Assembly: GCF_006345805.1 (NCBI RefSeq)
Contig: NC_043007.1
Coordinates: forward strand, 27,156,001 to 27,220,000
Length of the DNA: 64,000 nt
DNA from: Octopus sinensis
Lineage: Eukaryota
Direction: 5' to 3'
The notes under the pieces are model-generated. The model did no database searches. It was not told the DNA's origin and saw only the letters and a program-made list of their open reading frames with translations. The translations under genes were made by a program, and so were the position numbers. Below are positions 57,443-64,000 of the stretch, one piece after another. The first letter of the stretch is position 1. Each line of letters begins with the position of its first letter.

Positions 57443-57684
57443 TGCGTTTTGTCACGGAGAATAGATCTTGCTTTTAACAAATGGTGTGTCAACAAGTGAG
57501 ATATATTCTCCGTGACATAACGCAGTGAGTGGCTTGTTTCCCAGTTCGAACGTGCATCAGACATATTCGGACTGATAACATGAATTATTTTGTTGCTCCT
57601 GAGTGGACAAGGATGAACTAGTGTCCAGTACAGCAAGAACAAAGGTCTGCCCGGCTGCAAGTGATTTAATGTTTTATTTGACAT
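57443..57684 (-). CDS. Candidate exon 1 of an uncharacterised, possibly secreted protein (ATG at 57684, or acceptor at 57654)
   Basis: Unique sequence, 80 open codons, donor GCA|GTGAGT in phase 2, matching the next exon across a 144-nt intron; short hydrophobic stretch LFLLYWTLV near the N-terminus. Confidence 0.5.
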
Positions 57685-58811
57685 AACATATAATCAAATT
57701 CATTATCCAAAACAGCGAATGGACTGAAATTTGAGGGAAAATGGTTGTTTTATTAACAAATTGCATGCTTGGCCATGGAAAGAAATGTTAAAAGATCTTC
57801 ATTTAGCTGTATTTGGTTAGTTCAAACCATTTGAATATTTTTCTCATTCCAGCATAATCTTATTTTTTCTGAATTCCATCTAAACTGAATTGGAAAAATT
57901 TTAAAAGAAATGACTTCTAAGATTAAATCTGCATCTTTATGAATCCAATCAACAGTACCTTTAAAGAAAAGCTTAACTAACAAAAATAATTCCATTTATT
58001 ATTTTTATATCAATGATGCAATATTTATTTACATTTTATGGTGTGATGAAGATTTAGAAAACCACAACAAATATCGTGATAAATTTCATTCAACATCGAA
58101 ATACTTCCATATTTTCAAAGGCGTTTAGTGTGAAATTACAACTCACATTCAATTAACACCTTTTAAAGCCATCCTGCAAGTCTTTCTTCATCAACTCATC
58201 CCATGTAGGATAGCAGAAAAGATAGGTTTAAAAAGATTATTCTTTCTGTACATTTAAACTAAATGTACATTTTGCACACTTGCTCCGATTGTCGGTGCTG
58301 CGCACACACACGGAGAAGCATACACAGGGTCTTACACACACAGACATACATATATCCGTGTGGTGTATGCGTACGTGTGCCTATAAATGTGTGAGCGCCC
58401 GTGTCCTATTTATGTATAACGAACAAAGAAAACGTAAGCAGTATTGATGCATTGTATAACACACACGTGTTTCAGAAATCGTAAGTGTAAAGGCCTTCTT
58501 ACGCAATACAATACAACCGGATCTCTTCAGTAGCATAGTCGGTAACAGTACAATACAAAAAAAATGATATACACACTTCCATACATCAATATGCAAATGA
58601 GTATCGGTTGGTTAACTTATCAGTATGGAATTGCGGAGGGTATAAAAACCGGCTTCTTATTTATCTGGAGATGTAAAGGCACTTTAAAACACATTTTTAA
58701 CATGACAGTTGAGTGTAGAACATTACGAACGCGCTGAAAATTTTAATTAACGTGCAGCAACTGCCGCTACACTTTTTTTTTACAAATAGCCTTACATAAC
58801 ACTATAAGCGA

Positions 58812-58851
<40 letters not shown>

Positions 58852-58856
58852 ATTTT

Positions 58857-58906
<50 letters not shown>

Positions 58907-59141
58907 ATTTTTGTTTACTAATAGTAAACATTTCCTTCCATACTTATACATATTTATTGAATTAAGAGAAGGAAGTGGAGATTTATTGATTAATATTTAT
59001 ATATTAATAAATTGATAATCATTTCTTCTTACAGCTGTTTCCATTTGTACTCATTAAATAAATTACAAATTTATACATTAATTTTACATATATAAGGTAT
59101 GAGCAAAATCTCTCCTTCTTTATCTCTCTCTCTCTCTATAG

Positions 59142-59177
<36 letters not shown>

Positions 59178-59409
59178 GGGAGAGAGGGAGAAAAAGAAGA
59201 ACGAAAGGGGAAATAAGGGGAGTCTCGAACGATAAATACTATGAAGACAGTTTTATCTATTGGTTAGATATCCTTAGCAGACGGAAAAGTATGACCAGCA
59301 AGCTTCTAAAGAAATTCGAAGGATGTACCTCTCAAATTCCAGCTGAACACACTGCATCATTAAGTTAAGGCTGTGAGAGCCCAGGCAACAGATACCTCTT
59401 TCATAACGC

Positions 59410-59445
<36 letters not shown>

Positions 59446-59526
59446 ATATATATTATATATATATATATATATAATATATATATACATATATATATGGATA
59501 TATACGCACACATACATATGTATATA

Positions 59527-59559
<33 letters not shown>

Positions 59560-59818
59560 TTTCATAAACAACGAGTTCACAGAAGTTGACGATTCGGTTC
59601 ATAGATTATTTAATTAAAAGTTTCGTGAACCATGTCTAGTTCTGTCTTTTCTATGTGTGCACTGTTATCTATCTGACATTAGAGACCAGGGACTTATAAC
59701 GCATCGGTTGTATTAACTGTTAACCCTTTCGATATACAAGGATGCGCACGCAGTCCCGTATACAAATTGTATGCCGTGAGGTTTAAAAAGAAACTGGTCT
59801 ATCTAATTACATAAATAA

Positions 59819-59885
<67 letters not shown>

Positions 59886-60419
59886 TATGTGTGTGTGTGT
59901 GGTATGTATGTTTATAAATGTGTATATAAATGTGTACCTCTTTCTCCCTCTTGCTCTTTTTGTATGGACAAACACGTAAAATTATATAGGGAAACATGAA
60001 TCTTCGTTTTTCATGTGACCGACGGCAGATTGAACCGTGTTCCTCACACTCAACATATTTCCATAGATTCATTTCAATTTTGTCAGGAATAAAATTTAAC
60101 AGAAACCATGAAAACATAAATAAATACATAGAAACGTGTGGGTGCGTCTATATATTTATTTTTTTTCCCTTACAATTCTTGGAAAGTCACATTATGACGA
60201 AAACCGGTTTGAATTAATATATATTTATATATTTTATCAATTTCTCATTTCATTAAAATTTTCTTTCAATTTAGCATTCTGCATTTTTACAATATTTCCT
60301 TGCTTATCATTTCTCCACGTGCGGTCAACGCAACCCCACCATTTATTGATCTATATATATACATATCTATATCTATATATATATATACACGCACATACCT
60401 ATATCTATATCTATCTCTG

Positions 60420-60452
<33 letters not shown>

Positions 60453-60463
60453 GTCTCTCTCTG

Positions 60464-60494
<31 letters not shown>

Positions 60495-60524
60495 CTCCCT
60501 CTATATATATATATATATACATAC

Positions 60525-60557
<33 letters not shown>

Positions 60558-60571
60558 TATATCTATAACTG

Positions 60572-60608
<37 letters not shown>

Positions 60609-62174
60609 GCCTATCTATCTGTCTATATATATATATGTATATATATATGTTTGCGTTTGTGTTTGTATAAATACATATATAGATAAGTAGACATACTCAG
60701 ATACACGCACATGTATCCTAACACCTACGTATATTCGCCCATATATTTTTGTATATAAGTTTTCTGTCAACTAATTATACCAAAGTCGCAAAAGCAATAT
60801 TTTTCGTGTTTTGCTGTTATTCTTTATCTATTTAGCCTTCGCCAATATTTTTCTTAAATCCACTTTGTCCATTAAGAATCAAAAACAGACCGATTCCATC
60901 ACAGAATTAATTGGTCATAACGGTATGATCTTCATATAATCGCTGTTAGACGAAAATACGCGAGGAATATGTTTTTAACACCTTCAGATGAAAGTTAAGT
61001 TCTGCTTGACTTTAAGCGTTGTGTTACCTGCTTCTCGTTTGGATTTTAACTATTAGTAAACCTTCTCTAATCATTTTTACTATTTTTGCCTTCTCTGTAT
61101 AAAACGGTGTTTATACATACATGCACACACACAGACACACATGTATGTAATATGCGTGCATACATGTATACATATAACAAATGAAAGACAGAAGATGGAA
61201 TATACGAGAATTTATTATTAATCACAATCGTTTCGACATATCTAGCATCGATTCCTCTTGTGGGACACGCGACAACTGGTTCAGGAGCATCCGGTGGTGC
61301 AGATGTATCTCGTTGTGTGATAAATAAGAAAAAGCAACTCGTTAAAATGACTGTTCCTCAATGTAACGTACTGTAACGTACTGTTTTGTAGAGAGAAAAA
61401 CCGCCAAACAGAGGAAAAAAATTCATATATATATATGGAATATCAAAAATAAAATTACAGAAGACAAAAAGAGAAACGACCACGTAATCCAGCGAGAAAA
61501 GTATATATATACAGGGCCTTCGTACAACATTTGAGGATTGTTTGTGAATAGTCTACGTCGTTGGAAAGCATAGATATTAATTTTCTAGTTATTATTCAAC
61601 ATGTAGGAAAGCAATGATCTGGATATTGGAAAAGAGCAACCTGTATCATAACGAAATGCACCGAGTGTCAAAATGACGTCATCATGACAGACGCTCATAG
61701 GACTGCGAGCAGCGTAAAAGCTGTAAGAGGTGACTTGCAGCAAAGACTATGAAGCCCTGGCCAATAGGATTTGTTCAGCTGCTATGTGAAGATATTGAAG
61801 GCTGCTAAGTGAGGCTACTGGATACAGTAGTCGAAATCGGTCTGGAGAAAGTTGCTGCTGGAAGGTCACACATGTGGCAGGAATATTGAGCTTCTTTTCT
61901 CCGATAAGTTAAGTTAAGTTAGTTGATAAGAAACATGTAAGACAACAAACACTGAGACTTGTATCGTATGTTTAGGATTGTTTACTGGTTATTAAATAAT
62001 GATGGTTTACAGGTGAGATATTCATATTTAAATCATTATTGGTGGATAACAATTGGGCAACAGATAGCCTCTGTCAATAGCAACATTTGTCTGATGACTC
62101 TACAGAAATGTCCCACTTGTTATTCATCTTGCATATATTCAGATCATTATACCATCTGCTGATATCAATAATGG

Positions 62175-62390
62175 CAAACCCGAAGGTGGCCTGCTCGTAC
62201 CACCTTAAGCACACCTGGTAAAATGCTTAGCGAAATTTCATCTGCATTTAGACTGTGGGAACCTATTAAGCCGAAGTCGAATTTGTGTTTTATCCTCTCT
62301 GGTTCGATAGAATAAGTCCTGGGATGGATGTAATCGACTACGCCCCTCCTTGGAATTTCTGGTTTTGTGGCAAAATTTGAAACCCACAAG
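62175..62390 (+). mobile_element. SINE family B, old copy
   Basis: Divergent match to head, central domain and type 2 tail. Confidence 0.55.
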
Positions 62391-62647
62391 GCAGAATTTC
62401 TGCCTCTGTATTTCTCCATTTTGTGAATATTCTTATCGGGCATCGTTCTTCACCGCTGAACATTTTCCCACTCTGAGTCGTATTTCCATAAATCTAACTA
62501 GATCTACCTTTAAAATATGTTTTAAATATATTAAAATCTGGTGTCAGTTGAATGACTTTATTTTAATTATTAACCTTAGGTGATTTTAATCATTTTAAAA
62601 CGCTGCATTGTACTCACACACATGCATACATAAACATGTGTACATGT

Positions 62648-62701
<54 letters not shown>

Positions 62702-62789
62702 TATATATGTATGTAAATATGTGTATATATATATGTATGTATATACATATATATACACATATGTATATACATACATATATATACATATA

Positions 62790-62836
<47 letters not shown>

Positions 62837-62868
62837 ACAAATATATGTATATATAGTATGTATATATT

Positions 62869-62944
<76 letters not shown>

Positions 62945-63644
62945 ATATATATATAAATAGATATATACTAATATATATACATGTTTGTGTGTGCCAAATA
63001 ACTAACAATTCTGTTATATTCTTCCCTTGTTTTTCAATTCTCTGCTGACATTCACTCAGCCATTGATCTCCTCTGTTACCCATCCTCACTATCTACAGCA
63101 GATTTCTATTCTTCAACCAAGTGTGCTAACTCCGTCGCTGCTCTCCCCCTCTCTCTCTCTCACTTTCTCTTTACTTTCCTTGCCTTCTCCTATATATCTT
63201 AGTTTGCCACAAACTCAAACTCTTTTTATTGGAAATTCATTTTCATATTATGAATATTAAATTGAATAATCGTCATTTTAATTATTCTTAACAATAATAT
63301 TTCAATTCCTTATCATTTAAATAAATGTAAATTTTTAAAATTCATAATGTATACATCTCTCACACGTTTTTCCAGGGAAATGTTCTGTAAACATCGTTTG
63401 TTTTTTCTTCATAAATAAATGGTCAACTAGTAACATTTATTCTGTCTTAACACCTTTTCTTTCAAACTTTAATCTGTTCTGCTCTTTTGTTCCACTTCTT
63501 TCTCTTCCAGCTTATATATTCGCCCTTCATAATATCTAATTTCCTCAACATTCCCTTCTCAAACATTCTTTTATCCAATTCACACCTCTTTGATTTCAAT
63601 ATCCATTGCTAATTCCTCTCGCCCTCTCTCTCTTTGCACTCCGT

Positions 63645-64000
63645 CGGTTACGACGACGAGAGTTCCGGTTGATCCGAATCAACGGAACAGCCTGCTCGTG
63701 AAATTAACGTGTAAGTGGCTGAGCACTCCACAGACACGTGTACCCTTAACGTAGTTCTCGGGGATATTCAGCATGACAAAGAGAGTGACAAGGCCGGTCC
63801 TTCGAAATACAGGTACAACAGAAACAGGAAGTAAGAGTGAGAGAAAGTTGTGGTGAAAGAGTACAGCAGGGATCACCACCATCCCCTGCCGGAGCCTCGT
63901 CGAGCTTTTAGGTGTTTTCGCTCTATAAACACTCACAACGTTCGGTCTGGGAATCGAAACCGCAATCCTATGACCGCGACTCTGCTGCCCTAACCACTGG
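63645..64000 (-). mobile_element. SINE family C, running off the window end
   Basis: Head CCAGTGGTTAGGGCAGC...GGTTTCGATTCCC matches 56330-56375; tail matches 40998-41255. Confidence 0.85.

Noticed and set aside
58462-58532. Minus-strand CTGAAGA ... GAAA-CACGTG-TG
   Set aside because: Stem II does not close, position 17 is G, and stem I is only 2 bp; indistinguishable from chance.
62088-62116. CTGATGA-CTCTACA-GAAA-TGTC
   Set aside because: No stem II pairing and no stem I.

Overview
AT-rich, microsatellite-saturated eukaryotic DNA. Repeat content suggests a cephalopod, most likely Octopus (inference: several tRNA-type SINE families, decayed CR1, RTE and R4/Dong-type LINEs, Tc1/mariner remnants, long (TA)n/(TAA)n/(TATC)n tracts). 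Almost all ORFs in the track are translated microsatellites. One minus-strand host gene is plausible: two phase-compatible exons at 57.1-57.7 kb, plus candidate exons at 42.3 and 36.9 kb; product unknown. The most striking signal is a set of unrelated short elements lodged in or next to (TA)n tracts, each carrying a minimal type I hammerhead ribozyme with a self-complementary stem III, the dimer-cleaving kind known from Penelope-like elements. Four distinct families show a complete fold (7.2, 29.7 x2, 41.5, 44.4 kb), and several more copies carry single lesions. They occur as a 328-bp near-perfect palindrome, a partial tandem, an ~90-bp mini-element, and a copy that starts at the predicted cleavage site. 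No autonomous Penelope RT/GIY-YIG ORF was recognised. All folds and alignments were done by eye and need computational and experimental confirmation.
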